Source of the DNA: Octopus sinensis
Taxonomy: Eukaryota
DNA: 64,000 nucleotides
Assembly (NCBI RefSeq): GCF_006345805.1
Contig: NC_042998.1
Location: 68,200,001 to 68,264,000 of the forward strand
Direction of reading: 5' to 3'
Position numbers and translations under genes: made by a program. Shown here piece after piece: positions 39,153 to 51,390 of the stretch. Below the pieces are notes generated by a model. It was not told the DNA's origin and made no database searches. It saw nothing but the letters and a program-made list of their open reading frames with translations. The stretch's first letter is position 1. Each line of letters begins with the position of its first letter.

Positions 39153-39404
39153 GACATTTGAGTTTTACCTTTATATATTATCTAAGCAGATTTGCTTTTG
39201 ATGTAAAGTAATATACATGCATGAAATAAGCCAGTGTTACAGTCTCAGTTCTTTCTGATGACCATCATGAAATAGCAGCCAATTTCCATCAAAGTGTGAT
39301 ATATATCTTAATGGTAAACAACAAAAACAAATGTTTATTGCCATGGTTTCAATAGTACACATATATAGTGCTTCGGATGTATATATACATATATACACAC
39401 ACAC

Positions 39405-39512
39405 AGCCCGAGGCTATAGTTGAAGATACTTGTCCAAGGTGCCACGCAGTGGAATTGCACCTGGAACCATGTGGTTTATAACCAAGCTGCTTACCACACA
39501 GCACTCCTGCGC
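39405..39512 (-). mobile_element. SINE family B, 5' part
   Basis: rc of head and CORE-like segment. Confidence 0.8.
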
Positions 39513-39579
<67 letters not shown>

Positions 39580-40091
39580 TACATACATAACTGTATAATA
39601 ACATATCATAATATTATCTTATTCTCTGGTTTGAAGCGGCATTTTATAAATACAAACAAATGACTGAAAAAGGATGAGCTAACACCAACCACAATTGAAC
39701 CCAAAAATCAACGCTAACATGGCTCCTTTTATGTCCAATTGTCCAAACGCTCACCCATCAAGGGTGGAAGATATCAGGCTTTAACAGCAAACGACCACAT
39801 TTGTTTCTGCACCGAGTACCAGCTTAGGTTGCTGGGTTTATATTCATATTCCATTATCATCCTTTATATATTATTATATAATCGAACTTGTATGGACGTT
39901 TCATTGGGTGGAATACGATTAATTCCCCATGAAGCACCCACATTCGGCTGCTGCTAAAAAAATATTCAACAATATAATGATTATAAAAATTTATCTTGTA
40001 TAATGTTATATGAATATAAACTCAAATGTGTGCGATGCAGAAATAAATTTTGTGATCTACAGTTGAAAAGCCTTATGTTCTCTATCCTCGT

Positions 40092-40183
<92 letters not shown>

Positions 40184-40202
40184 CAAATCGATAGATAGAT
40201 AA

Positions 40203-40474
40203 CTTTCTTTATTGGCCACACTGAGCTGAACACAGAGGGGACAAAAACAAATGTAGAGGTTTTCTGTTCGAAAATGAAAAATGAGGGATAAAAAAAGAGA
40301 AAAGCAGTAAAATTTCGATCAAAAGGGGTCGGGAAAAATACCATCAAATGGGATCGTGTTTCACAGCGGAATTTTAAAATTGTAAAATATAAGATTAGGT
40401 TTATCCGTGGAAAGAAAAGCCTGCGGAAAAGACCACGGTAACCTCAGGGAAGAATAAACACATGAGAGCAAAAT

Positions 40475-40510
<36 letters not shown>

Positions 40511-41737
40511 CAATTTACAGGATCCTGCTCAAGGTGGTTGCGTCACTCGCACGCACCATCTTTGCTACATTCATCTACCTTTCTCTGAAACATTCACGAG
40601 ACAAAACCTGCCTCTCCATTCTCACCTTCCTTTTCAAGTGGTACTTGAAAAAGTTGACGAGCGATTGGCCAGAGCGGTAAGTGTTTGTCTCTAAACTTTT
40701 CGCTCGAGTCCACCACATACATTCTTTCACCATGGCCACCAGTACAATGAAGACTGCCTTGCCTTCTCGGTTGAGGAAAGGTGGCGGAGCAACTTAGACG
40801 ACAGACTCGGCCGACAGGCGGACTCGTCCCACAAGCGACAGCAGCCGTTCGGCATAAACCCACAGGTCCGAAATGATTGCACACTGCACGAGTGCGTGCA
40901 GAATGGTTTCATCGCTCTGACCGCATCGCGGGCAAGTCGGTCCGTTGTGTCTCAAACCGTGCCTGTAGAGCTTATTCCGAACACGTAAATCTTCTCGATA
41001 GCACTGCCAGGCCAGGGATCTTTACTGATTGTCCATAGGTCTCGGCCCGAAAATTGTCCTGAACAGGCGGGTCAGGTATTTCTCGTTGACGCCCAGATTC
41101 TGCCCGAGAACGTCGCCACACCTCCGCCCACCCCCGCTAGTCCTCTATAGAACGCCTTTGTTGTAATGAAGTCGCACAAGTTTAGTCCCGGACGGCATTC
41201 GCCTAGCCTCGGTTTCTGTTTGAACCACGACTGCAGTTCGGCCAAGGAGACGAGCTGAGGGGAAGCGCGTCGCACAAACTCGACCACACGTGTTCACCGT
41301 CGTCTGTGAAGCGACGGAGATGTCGCAGTCTCAGCGTGTGCCTACACATCATCAACCACAGCTTCCTATCTCTCCATTTAGCGGGTGCTGACAGCAACTG
41401 GATCGCCTAACCATCGGAACGCTTCCTTTCCACAAGAAGCGGAAGGGTATGCGTTCCAGTTTGGTGATGGTAGGGTCGGGACAAGGCACGACGGTCAGAC
41501 GGTAATCGATGACGGATGCGATGTAAGCATTCGCCACCTGCGCCCGACCTTTTAGGGATAGCTTCCTCTCCGTCCCTTTACTGGGTGAGAGTGGCCACCC
41601 TAGTCATTATTTCGCCCCAGTTCTTCTCCATTTGGAGGTCCAGAGCGAACCAGACTCCGAGCAATTTAACCGGTCCGTCGGTCCAGCGTCCCACCTTGGA
41701 GACGCTGATGGACTGCATGGGCTTGCTTCTCAGGTAG
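40203..41737 (-). mobile_element. Tx1/L1-clade LINE 3' portion (decayed ORF2 and 3'UTR) ending in (TATC)n
   Basis: GPVKLLGVWF, RKLSLKGRAQVANAYIAS, FRFLWKG, ETILHALVQC (CCHC); 3' end gtgtggccaataaagaaagt. Confidence 0.9.
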
Positions 41738-42439
41738 ATGTAGATGTAGGTATATATACATACATATACACTCATATATTTATGTATATAAAAATATATA
41801 CATATAGAGAGGGAGAGATATCAGCATATATATATGTGTGTGTGTGTGTGTGTTTGTGTGTGTGTGCGTGTATGTGTGTGTATGTATATATACATGTGTG
41901 TGTGCGTGTGTGTGTGTATATGTATGTATGTATATATACATGTGTGTTTGTGTTTGTGTATGTGTATGTACACGTAAATATAAGAAACAGTCTTTCTTTA
42001 ATACGTTTCATTAAATACCTAATTATGTTCAAGTTAAATGTTTTTATTTTAGATTTTTCCATATTGTCACCTTAACTCTTTACAATTGGTTCGAAACAAC
42101 AGAGTCTCTAAATCCATAAACAGTGTTACCAAATCTTCATAATCACATTCTCTAGAATTCAACACACCTGGTCTCTGTATTGTTTCTTGCATACTATTTG
42201 AATACATGTAGGTTCTACCGCCAAAAAGTGTTTGACCGTTAACTCTATACGTCAGAAGCCACGAGATAATCTGTTTGTTGTGGTCATTTTATTTTTTTAC
42301 TCTTAGGTTTTCTGTTTCTGTAGCCATACGTTAAACTATCAATTCAATGGTTAAACTGAAAGTTTCAAACTTCAGGACTTTAGTTGTTACACGAGACATA
42401 CTAGTGTGACACTCTGTCATAGGCTTACTATGCATTTAC

Positions 42440-42490
<51 letters not shown>

Positions 42491-42676
42491 TTCACAGACA
42501 ATAGGTGAACCCGTGCGTTTGCCGAGTGACATCGAAGAGACCTCAAAAGGCCACTAGGAAGGCCTCCTCGACGATGGGGAAACGATTTATTTAAGGAATT
42601 TGGATCAAGATGGAAAAAAATGACGCAATCAAGACAGAAATGGAAGGGCATTGCAACCGTATATACGTATGTGTAG
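42491..42676 (+). mobile_element. RTE-clade LINE ORF C-terminal relic
   Basis: DNR*TRAFAE*HRRDLKRPLGRPPRRWGNDLFKEFGSRWKK, with two Trp codons decayed to TGA. Confidence 0.75.
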
Positions 42677-43660
42677 AGAGAGAAAGAGGAAAGATAAATT
42701 GAGGATAAAATCTAGCGTATTCTACCAAAAACGATAGTCACTCCTGGGTACAGTAGAAAACACTGCCCTAAGGTACCACATGCTGGACTCGAACTCGGAA
42801 GTACATGGGGCTAAACAAATTTTATAACCTTACGGCTATACTTTCACCTCTAACTGCTTCAGCGTTACTCCCTGATTGGTTAATTGAGACTGTATGAGGT
42901 TATTATAGTAAATGTTTCATGAAAATTCCTGCAAGTTATTAATGTTGCGGAAAGCTCTGACTAAAGTGAGCTTTGATCAAAGACTATCCATCCATGACCA
43001 GTACTTTTAAGTTTTTAAATAATCAAATGTCTAATGTTGAATCAGGTAATGCAGAAGAGCTATTTGGATATCTTCTTTTGTATCTGACACAGTATGATTT
43101 AAGCGTAATCTATCTGTTACTTCTAGCATCTCAAAACGACAGAGGCGTTCTCTAGTTGTCTGACTTTAGGTCAGCTCTGATCAAGCAAAACCCTGATCAA
43201 AGCGTTCCGACTATGACTACACTTTTGAAATTCCAGACAATAAATCGCTTCTCGGACTTTTGGTTAAGGTCAAAATGGAATTTTAAACAATGAACCCAGT
43301 AAAGAATTGGAACCGATTCCTTTCCCCATCACTATCTAGCTATCTTTCACTATCTGTCTGTCTGTCTGTCTGTCTGCAGTTTGTATCTATGTCTGTCTGT
43401 ATGTCTGTCTTTTTCTCTTTTGACAAACGCCCATCGGCTCATGATTGCTGAGTTAATTATTGGAATGTGAGCTGTGAAAAAAGAAAAAACTACAGAAAAT
43501 GGATTGGCAGTTTCTGGAGTTAAAGGATTGAAAAAGCATTTCGTAGAGTGTTTTGAGAAGAGGAGATGGAAATGAATAGGATGATAACCGGAAGAGGTAA
43601 AGCTGCTTACTGTGAGCGGAGAAGTATTTGCGTCGGATATGATCAGAAAAAATTATATAC

Positions 43661-46505
43661 AGGCGCAGGAGTGGCTGTGTGGTAAGAAGCTTGCTTACTG
43701 CTACCTAGTTGTCGCGTTGTTTTTCGTCGCGGTGGAAGTCACGTCGTACGTGAAAATTTGAACATTTGAAGCACGACCACAGGTAAGGTATCTATTTCGG
43801 TGGTGGGGGTATAGTGAGGTCCGTTGTCCGTACGGTTGTTATTTTTTCGAACAAGGGTCTCCACTGTGTTCCAGACATTTGTTTGCCAGTGATCGTACTA
43901 AAAGACTCACATTTTAGTGAGAATTGTGTGTAATTTCGGGAGGCGTCTCCGTTCGAGAATTTTTTGGAATTTTCTATGACTGTGTTTGTGCCCTTTCAAG
44001 TGGATTTTTACCATAAAGGATAGGAGTACAGCCGGAGTTGAACGGAATACCATTTGTTAAGTTTATTCGCAGTTGCGAAGTAAGGAACTGTGTGTGTACT
44101 TTTTAACACCCCTACGGAAGCTCGAGATTTTGCGAACACGCCTTTGGTGGGGGAGAAAATTTTGTTTCTCCCTACTTATGGTGGTAGAGGGTTGACAAGA
44201 GCCTGGGTGTGCGGACTGCCACCCGGTATAGAGGCCGGTATAGTGTCTTCTATAGTATTTCAACAATATTTTTCCTGTCAAGAAGTACCTAGAAGAGAAT
44301 TGGAATTTTTAAATGTTTTACAATTGTATTAAAATTTTGGCCTGAAGTACCGAGTGGCTTTTGCTGTGTTTTGAACTGTTGCTCTCTCTTCATCTATCTT
44401 TGATTTTTTTTAAATCTCTTTATTGAACTGTTTATTTTTTTCTCTCCTTCCTTTTTGTTTGGACATTTTTCCTCTTCTTTCTTTTTCCTTAATTATTTTA
44501 TATTATAACAACTGTATTTTGGGACTCTTTTTTTAAAAAAACTTGGCAAATAACAATGAAATGTTGGTGGAGTTTGAAATTACACCACCCAAAAAGTGGT
44601 TAAAAGAACGTGGTTAAAGACGGTGGTTTTGAGGACCTACTCTAGGACCCTCGATGCCATTGCCGTTTTCAGAAAGGATATAATCGAACGAGAGCTGGCA
44701 GAATTTAAGCCAGCGATTAAGTTTATCACTCGGAGGTCAAATAGTCAACCGTGTGGTTGCTGTTTGACTCCCCAGAAGTGGCCCGTGAATTTGTGAGCCA
44801 GCCCCTGGAGGGCAATGAAATTTTGTTTCTTTCCACTTATTGTGGGAAGAGTTTGACGAGGGCTTGGTTTTCAGCTTGCCACCCGGAGTTGAGCCCGAGT
44901 AGATTGAAGATACTATCCGCCGGGGTCTGGGTGGCAGTAACACCAAGCTCCTCAACGTAAATATTCTGCCTGCGGCTGACTGGGAGGGGCCAAAAGCTGT
45001 TTTAACCCTATGGACACAGTCAGCCGAAAGTCTGGTACTTCCAGACTTTTTGAGAATGGCCGGGTCTAGGTATCCGGTGATTCTTGAGGGAGCCCCTACC
45101 CCCCACCCCCCAAGTGTCATCGGTACTTGAAGCTTGGCCATATAAAAAAGAACTGTTCTCAAGGGCAAAGCAAAATCCTGGAGCGGTAGAGGAGGGAATG
45201 AATGCGGCCGAGGAGACGGAGGACTCCTCAAAGAAGAGTCGCAAAAGGAAAAAGGAGAGCAATGATGGGTGCTCGCCGAAGGATCCTGGGGATGAGGTAG
45301 GGGAGGCGCACCCTCCCCCAGTCGAGAAGAAAAAAAGGGGAAGAGGAGGAAAAACGGTGCATTACCGGCAATCGGAGACATGACGCCGGAGTGTCACGGA
45401 GCCTCATCGGGTGTGCCACGGAGGGGGAGAGACACCATTGGCGGAAATTGTGCCGCTAACGTTAAAATTGATCTCCTCGGACTCGGATGACGATGAACTG
45501 ATAGTCTTCTTTAATAGAGGCGGAGAAGTGGAAAAGATAGTGAAAGAACACTACGAGGGAATACCTTTGGCCTTCACACAGGACCCCGAATGGCTTCCGC
45601 AGATAGCTGTGGGGGTCATAACGTTGCGCGTTTCTAAAGCTGGAGGGACTAAAAGAGGAATATCGCTCGTGGCCGGGTGACGCCAACTCGGAGCCCGCCT
45701 TGATTTTAAAGGAAGCATGGGCTATGGTGGAGTACACAGACACAAGCGATGATGAGGTGGAAAATTGACAAGAGGTTGAAAAGCCTCAGTGTTATAATGT
45801 GTAAGAGGCTCAGCGCCTCATTTGTAAATGGACTAATGTTGATTGTATATTGAATATTTTATTGTATGTTATTGCATGTTAATATTTGTAATGGATTATT
45901 AAATCCAATAATTGTAAAATCTGTTGTGAGAGGTTCAATACCTCGTTTTGTTTATTCTGTTGAAAAAAAAAAGAACAATGTTTTAGAGAAGCAGAAAATC
46001 GGCGGGCGTTTTTTACCTTCTCTCATCAATATCATCCTTATTTCATCATTCACCTCATCAACGTATATGTCCAGCCCGCAAGCTACTCTTTGTAATGCCT
46101 TTATGGCAAATCTCAATGAAATAAAGTAGCTTGCTTACCAAACACATGGTTACGGGTTCAGTCCCATTGCGTGACACCTTGGGCAAGTGTCTTCTACTAT
46201 AGCCTTGGGACGACCAAAGCCTTGTGAGTGGATCTGGCAGACTGAAACTGAAAGAAGCCCGTCGAATATATATATATGGGGGGCAGTGCTTATGTGTCTG
46301 TGTTTGTCCCCTACCATCGCTTGACAACAGATGTTGGTGTGTTCATGTTCCCGTAACTTAGCGGTTCAGCAAAAAGACCGATAGAATAAGTACTAGGCTT
46401 ACAAAGAATAAGTTTTGGGGTCGATTTGTTCGACTAAAGGCAGTGCTCTAGCATGGCCGCAGTCGAATGACTGAAACAAATAAAACAATAAAAGAATAAA
46501 AGAAT
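43661..46505 (+). mobile_element. SINE family B split into 43661-43698 and 46128-46505
   Basis: Head aggcgcaggagtggctgtgtggtaagaagcttgcttac resumes as agcttgcttaccaaacacatgg after a 2.43-kb insert. Confidence 0.9.
43699..46127 (+). mobile_element. ORF1-only Tx1/L1-type element (HAL1-like), frameshifted
   Basis: 11-bp TSD agcttgcttac; RAWVCGLPP, LPDFLRMAGSRYPVILEGAP, knuckle KCHRYLKLGHIKKNC (45112-45156), basic and acidic tail, stop near 45769, 3'UTR ending aataaa; no EN or RT. Confidence 0.75.
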
Positions 46506-46531
46506 ACATTACCACACTAATATCCAAGTGT

Positions 46532-46896
46532 AGAAGCGCAATGGCCCAGTGGTTAGGGCAGCGGTCTAGCGGTCGTAGGATCGCGGTTTCGATTCCCAGT
46601 CCGGGTATTCTGAGTGTTTATTGAGCGATAATACCTGAAGCTCAACGAGACTCCGGCAGAGGGTGGTAGCGAACCCTGCTGTACTCTTTCACCACAGTTT
46701 TCTCTCACTCTTTTTTCCTGTTTCTCTTTTACCTGTAATTCAAAGAGCCAGCCTTGTCACACTCTGTGTCACGCTGAATCTCCCTGAGAACTACGTGTCT
46801 GTGGAGTGCTCAGCCACTTGCAAGTTAATTTCACGAGCTGGCTGTTCCGTTGATCGGATCAACTGGAAATCTCGTCGTCGAAACAGACGGAGTCCC
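46532..46896 (+). mobile_element. SINE family D
   Basis: Colinear with 15914-16291. Confidence 0.9.
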
Positions 46897-47009
46897 ACAA
46901 AGCATTGATACTTACACATACACACGCATACACACAGAGACATATACACACATTTAAACGTATAATATAAACTACTGTACATACACACACACTAATGCTC
47001 TTTTATGTT

Positions 47010-47210
47010 TTACCTTTCACTTTCTTCAGTCACTGAACTGCGGTCATGCTGGAGCACCATTTTGGAGAAACTGAGTCGAACGAATCGACCCCAGTACATT
47101 TTTCTTTTTAAAATCTAGTACTTCTATAGATTTCTTGTGTCGAACTGCTATGTTTCATGGACGTAAACACACCAACACCGGTGGGAATCAAACACAGAGA
47201 CAAAGATACA
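47010..47210 (-). mobile_element. SINE family B, 3' half, diverged
   Basis: cagtcactgaactgcggtcatgctggagcacc. Confidence 0.75.
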
Positions 47211-47237
47211 CACACACATACACATGTATACACATAT

Positions 47238-47398
47238 AGACGCAGAAGTGGCTGTGTGGTAAATAGCTTGCTTACCAACCACACGGTTTCGAGTTCAGTC
47301 CCACTGCGTGGCACTATAGGCAAGTGTCTTCTACTGTAGCCTCGGGCCGACCAAAGCCTTATGAGTGGATTTGGTAAACGGAAGCTGAAAGAATCCCA

Positions 47399-47436
<38 letters not shown>

Positions 47437-47651
47437 TGTGTGTGTGTGCGTGTGTGCGTTTGTCCCCCACCATCGCTTGAAACCGATACTGGTGTGTTTA
47501 CATCCCCTAAACTAGCGGTTCGGCAAAAAGAGCTCGATTAGAATAAGTACTCGGCTTACAAAGAATAAGACCCGGGGCGATTTGTTCGAATAAACGCGGT
47601 GCTCCATCATGGCCGCAGTCAAATGAATGAAACAAATGAAAGTATAAAAGA

Positions 47652-47653
<2 letters not shown>
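47238..47653 (+). mobile_element. SINE family B, full length
   Basis: Head, CORE-like segment, internal (GT)n, tail. Confidence 0.95.
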
Positions 47654-47683
<30 letters not shown>

Positions 47684-47700
47684 GATAACTTGAGGTTATA

Positions 47701-47792
47701 GGAGAAGACACTTGCCCAAAGTGCCACGCAGTGGGACTGAACCCTAAACTTTGTGGTTGGAAAGCAAACACCTTACCACGCAGCCACGCCTA
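47701..47792 (-). mobile_element. SINE family B, 5' part
   Basis: gaagacacttgcccaaagtgccacgcagtgggactgaacc. Confidence 0.8.
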
Positions 47793-48281
47793 CATCTCAG
47801 TCGTTCAATCGATCGACTGAATAATCTGAACCATAAACGGACCTATACTGCACATCAAAAACAGTTAAATGAATGTATAAAGTCCGTTATTAATGTTTTT
47901 TTTCTTATATATCACTCTATAAAAACACACCATATTAACTTGGTAATGCAATCAAACATTTACAAAGTCGATTAGTGATAGGCTTCGACATCGTGTCTCA
48001 CCTGCGGATTACCTGAAGATACGCCGTCGCTGATATAGAAAAGCAGTGATTAAAAACTCATTGATGTTGCAATTAACCCGCCGGCGGAGTAAAAGTTCGT
48101 TACCTTCATTTTTATCTGCTACAAATATACGTTTGTTATTTAATCACTGTACGTCTCCAAGAGATATTATCTCAGGGCGAATACCGCAGTTATGTGATAC
48201 ATCTGCATTAAGTATGATACGCTAATTACTATTACTGCTGCTATTGCGCATAATTTGTGCGCGCGCACACACACGCATATA

Positions 48282-48350
<69 letters not shown>

Positions 48351-48354
48351 GGTA

Positions 48355-48688
48355 AAGACCCCCTTCGGTCATGAATGACCATGGGATTGCACCTAGAAAG
48401 TTACCCTCCTAGACACAAGTCCGGGCAAGGTTGTTTATGGAAGGCTAGCAGTCGCCCATGCATACCAGCCTCCCCTCTCCACGCCACCAGTGTTATCCAA
48501 GGGAAAGACAAAGGTCGATACAGCTTGGCACCTGTGACGTCGCAACTCATTTCTACAGCTGAGTGAACTGGAGCAACGTGAAATAAAGTGCCTTGCTCGA
48601 GAACACAACACGCAGCCCGGTCCGGGATTCGAGCTCACAACCTCACGATCGTAAGCTCGACGCTCTAACCACTGAGCCATGCGCCTTC
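48355..48688 (-). mobile_element. SINE family C, left arm of an inverted pair
   Basis: rc of gaaggcgcatggctcagtggttagagcg...gaatccc. Confidence 0.95.
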
Positions 48689-48692
48689 ACAT

Positions 48693-49007
48693 AGGCGCAT
48701 GGCTCAGTGGTTAGAGCGTCGAGCTTACGATCGTGAGGTTGTGAGCTCGAATCCCGGACCGGGCTGCGTGTTGTGTTCTCGAGCAAGGCACTTTATTTCA
48801 CGTTGCTCCAGTTCACTCAGCTGTAGAAATGAGTTGCGACGTCACAGGTGCCAAGCTGTATCGGCCTTTGTCTTTCCCTTGGATAACACTGGTGGCGTGG
48901 AGAGGGGAGGCCGGTATGCATGGGCGACTGCTGGTCTTCCATAAACAACCTTGCCCGGACTTGTGTCTAGGAGGGTAACTTTCTAGGTGCAATCCCGAAG
49001 GGGGTCT

Positions 49008-49008
<1 letters not shown>
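48693..49008 (+). mobile_element. SINE family C, right arm of an inverted pair
   Basis: Near-identical to the left arm; 15-bp deletion near the 3' end. Confidence 0.95.
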
Positions 49009-49076
<68 letters not shown>

Positions 49077-49140
49077 CAAAAAACATGCAATTCTCTTTTT
49101 TCCCCTTTCTAATTTTTAAAAAAACTTTTTAAAACATAAA

Positions 49141-49181
49141 TATTCTTGACAAGTCATACAATGACGAAAACCGGTTGAATA
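49141..49181 (+). ncRNA. Minimal hammerhead-like motif (U3:A8 core)
   Basis: TATTC TTGACAA GTCA tacaa TGAC GAAA A CCGG TT GAATA; one extra A after GAAA. Confidence 0.5.
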
Positions 49182-49539
49182 AATATATATTTATATATTT
49201 TATCAATTTCTCATTTTATTAAAATTTTCTTTCATTTGAGCATTCTGCATTTAAAAAAAAAATTTTTTCTTACTTATCATTTCTCCACGTGCGGTCAACA
49301 CAACCCCACCATTTATTGATCTATATATATATATACATATATATATATACATATATATATATACATACATATATATATACATATACATATATATATATAC
49401 ATATATATATATAGCCGAAATTACTACGATGATCCGGTTCTTGACTGAAGACTGAGGGGTTCGAATGTCCTGTCCATGTTTATTGTATCGTCTTCTATGA
49501 GTTATACGTTCTTGTCCATGTTGTATTTTTCTACATACC

Positions 49540-49685
<146 letters not shown>

Positions 49686-49733
49686 ATTTATATATATATA
49701 TATATTTATATATTATATATATATTTATATATA

Positions 49734-49786
<53 letters not shown>

Positions 49787-49955
49787 TCATCATCATCATT
49801 TAACGTCCGCTTTCCATGCTAGCATGGGTTGGACGGTTCAACTGGGGTCTGGGGAGCCCGAAAGCTGCACCAGTCCAGTCAGATCTGGCAGTGTTTCTAC
49901 AGCTGGATGCCCTTCCTAACGCCAACCACTCCGAGAGTGTAGTGGGTGATTTTAT

Positions 49956-51390
49956 GTGCCACCGACACAGGTGCCAGACGAGGCTGGCAAACGGCCACGC
50001 TCGGATGGTGTTTTTTATGTGCCACCGACACAGGTGCCAGATGAGGCTGGCAAACGGCCACGATCGGGTGGTGTTTGTTACGTGCCCACAGCACGGAGGC
50101 CAGTCGATGCGGTACTGGCTACGGCCACGTTCGGATGGTTTTCTTGTGTGCCACGTGCCACCGGCACTGGTACCACAAAGATACAAATTCCATTGATGTT
50201 CATCTATTTTGATTTGTTTTGATTTTCACTTGCCTCAACAGGTCTTCACAAGTGTCACAAGAAGGAAGGTAAGCACAGGTGGACTGACTACGTCCCAGGT
50301 AGGGGCCACGGGTTATGGCCTCACTAGTCTTGCCGGGTCTTCGGATGGTGTTTTTATGTGCCACCGACATAGGTGCCAGATGAGGCTGGCGAACGGCCAC
50401 GATCGGATGGTGTTTGTTACGTGCCCACAGCACGGAGGCCAGTCGATGCGGTACTGGCTACGGCCACGTTCGGATGGTTTTCTTGTGTGCCACCGGCACT
50501 GGTACCACAAAGATACAAATTCCATTAATGTTCATCTATTTTGATTTGTTTTGATTTGATTTGTTTTGATTTGATTTGATTTTGATTTTCACTTGCCTCA
50601 ACAGGTCTTCACAAGTGTCACAAGAAGGAAGGTATGCACAGATGGACTGACTACGTCCCAGGTAGGGGCCACAGGTTATGGCCTGACTAGTCTTGCCGGG
50701 TCTTCGGATGGTGTTTTTATGTGCCACCGACACAGGTGCCAGATGAGGCTGGCGAACGGCCACGATCGGATGGTGTTTGTTACGTGCCCACAGCACGGAG
50801 GCCAGTCGGTGCGGTACTGGCTACGGCCACGTTCGGATGGTTTTCTTGTGTGCCACCGGCACTGGTACCACAAAGATACAAATTCCATTGATGTTCATCT
50901 ATTTTGATTTGTTTTGATTCCGATGTTCATCTATTTTGATTTGTTTTGATTTTCACTTGCCTCAACAGGCCTTCACAAGTATCACAAGGAGGAAGGTATG
51001 CACAGGTGGACTGACTACGTCCCAGGTAGGGGCCACGGGATATGGCCTGGCTAGTCTTGCCGGGTCTTCGGATGGTGTTTTTATGTGCCACCGACACAGG
51101 TGCCATATGAGGCTGGCGAACGGCCACGATCGGATGGTGTTTGTCATGTTCCCACAGCACGGAGGCCAGTCGATGCGGTACTGGCTACGGCCACGTTCGG
51201 ATGGTTTTCTTGTGTGCCACAGGCACTGGTACCACAAAGATACAAATTCCATTGATGTTCATCTATTTTGATTTGTTTTGATTGATTTTCACTTGCCTCA
51301 GCAGGTCTTCACAAATGTCACAAGAAGGAAGGTATGCACAGGTGGATCGACTACGTCCCAGGTAGGGGCCACGGGATATGGCCTGGCTAG
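49956..51390 (-). repeat. Tandem 336-364-bp duplications of the LINE 3'UTR built from ~60-bp subunits
   Basis: Stop-codon motif ctag at 51387, 51051, 50687 and 50324. Confidence 0.95.

Noticed and set aside
43781-43890. Strong donor cag|gtaagg and a candidate acceptor in the HAL1-like leader
   Set aside because: A single pair of sites with no transcript evidence.
48008-48050. attac CTGAAGA...GAAAAGCA gtgat
   Set aside because: Stem II has only 2 bp and U16.1 is absent.
48693-48770. tRNA gene calls for SINE C and D heads
   Set aside because: A and B boxes are present but the anticodon and acceptor stems do not pair, and the heads continue into SINE bodies.
49956-51390. CRISPR-like repeat-spacer appearance here and at 57321-57915
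   Set aside because: The spacers are homologous to each other, the context is eukaryotic LINE or minisatellite, and there are no cas genes.
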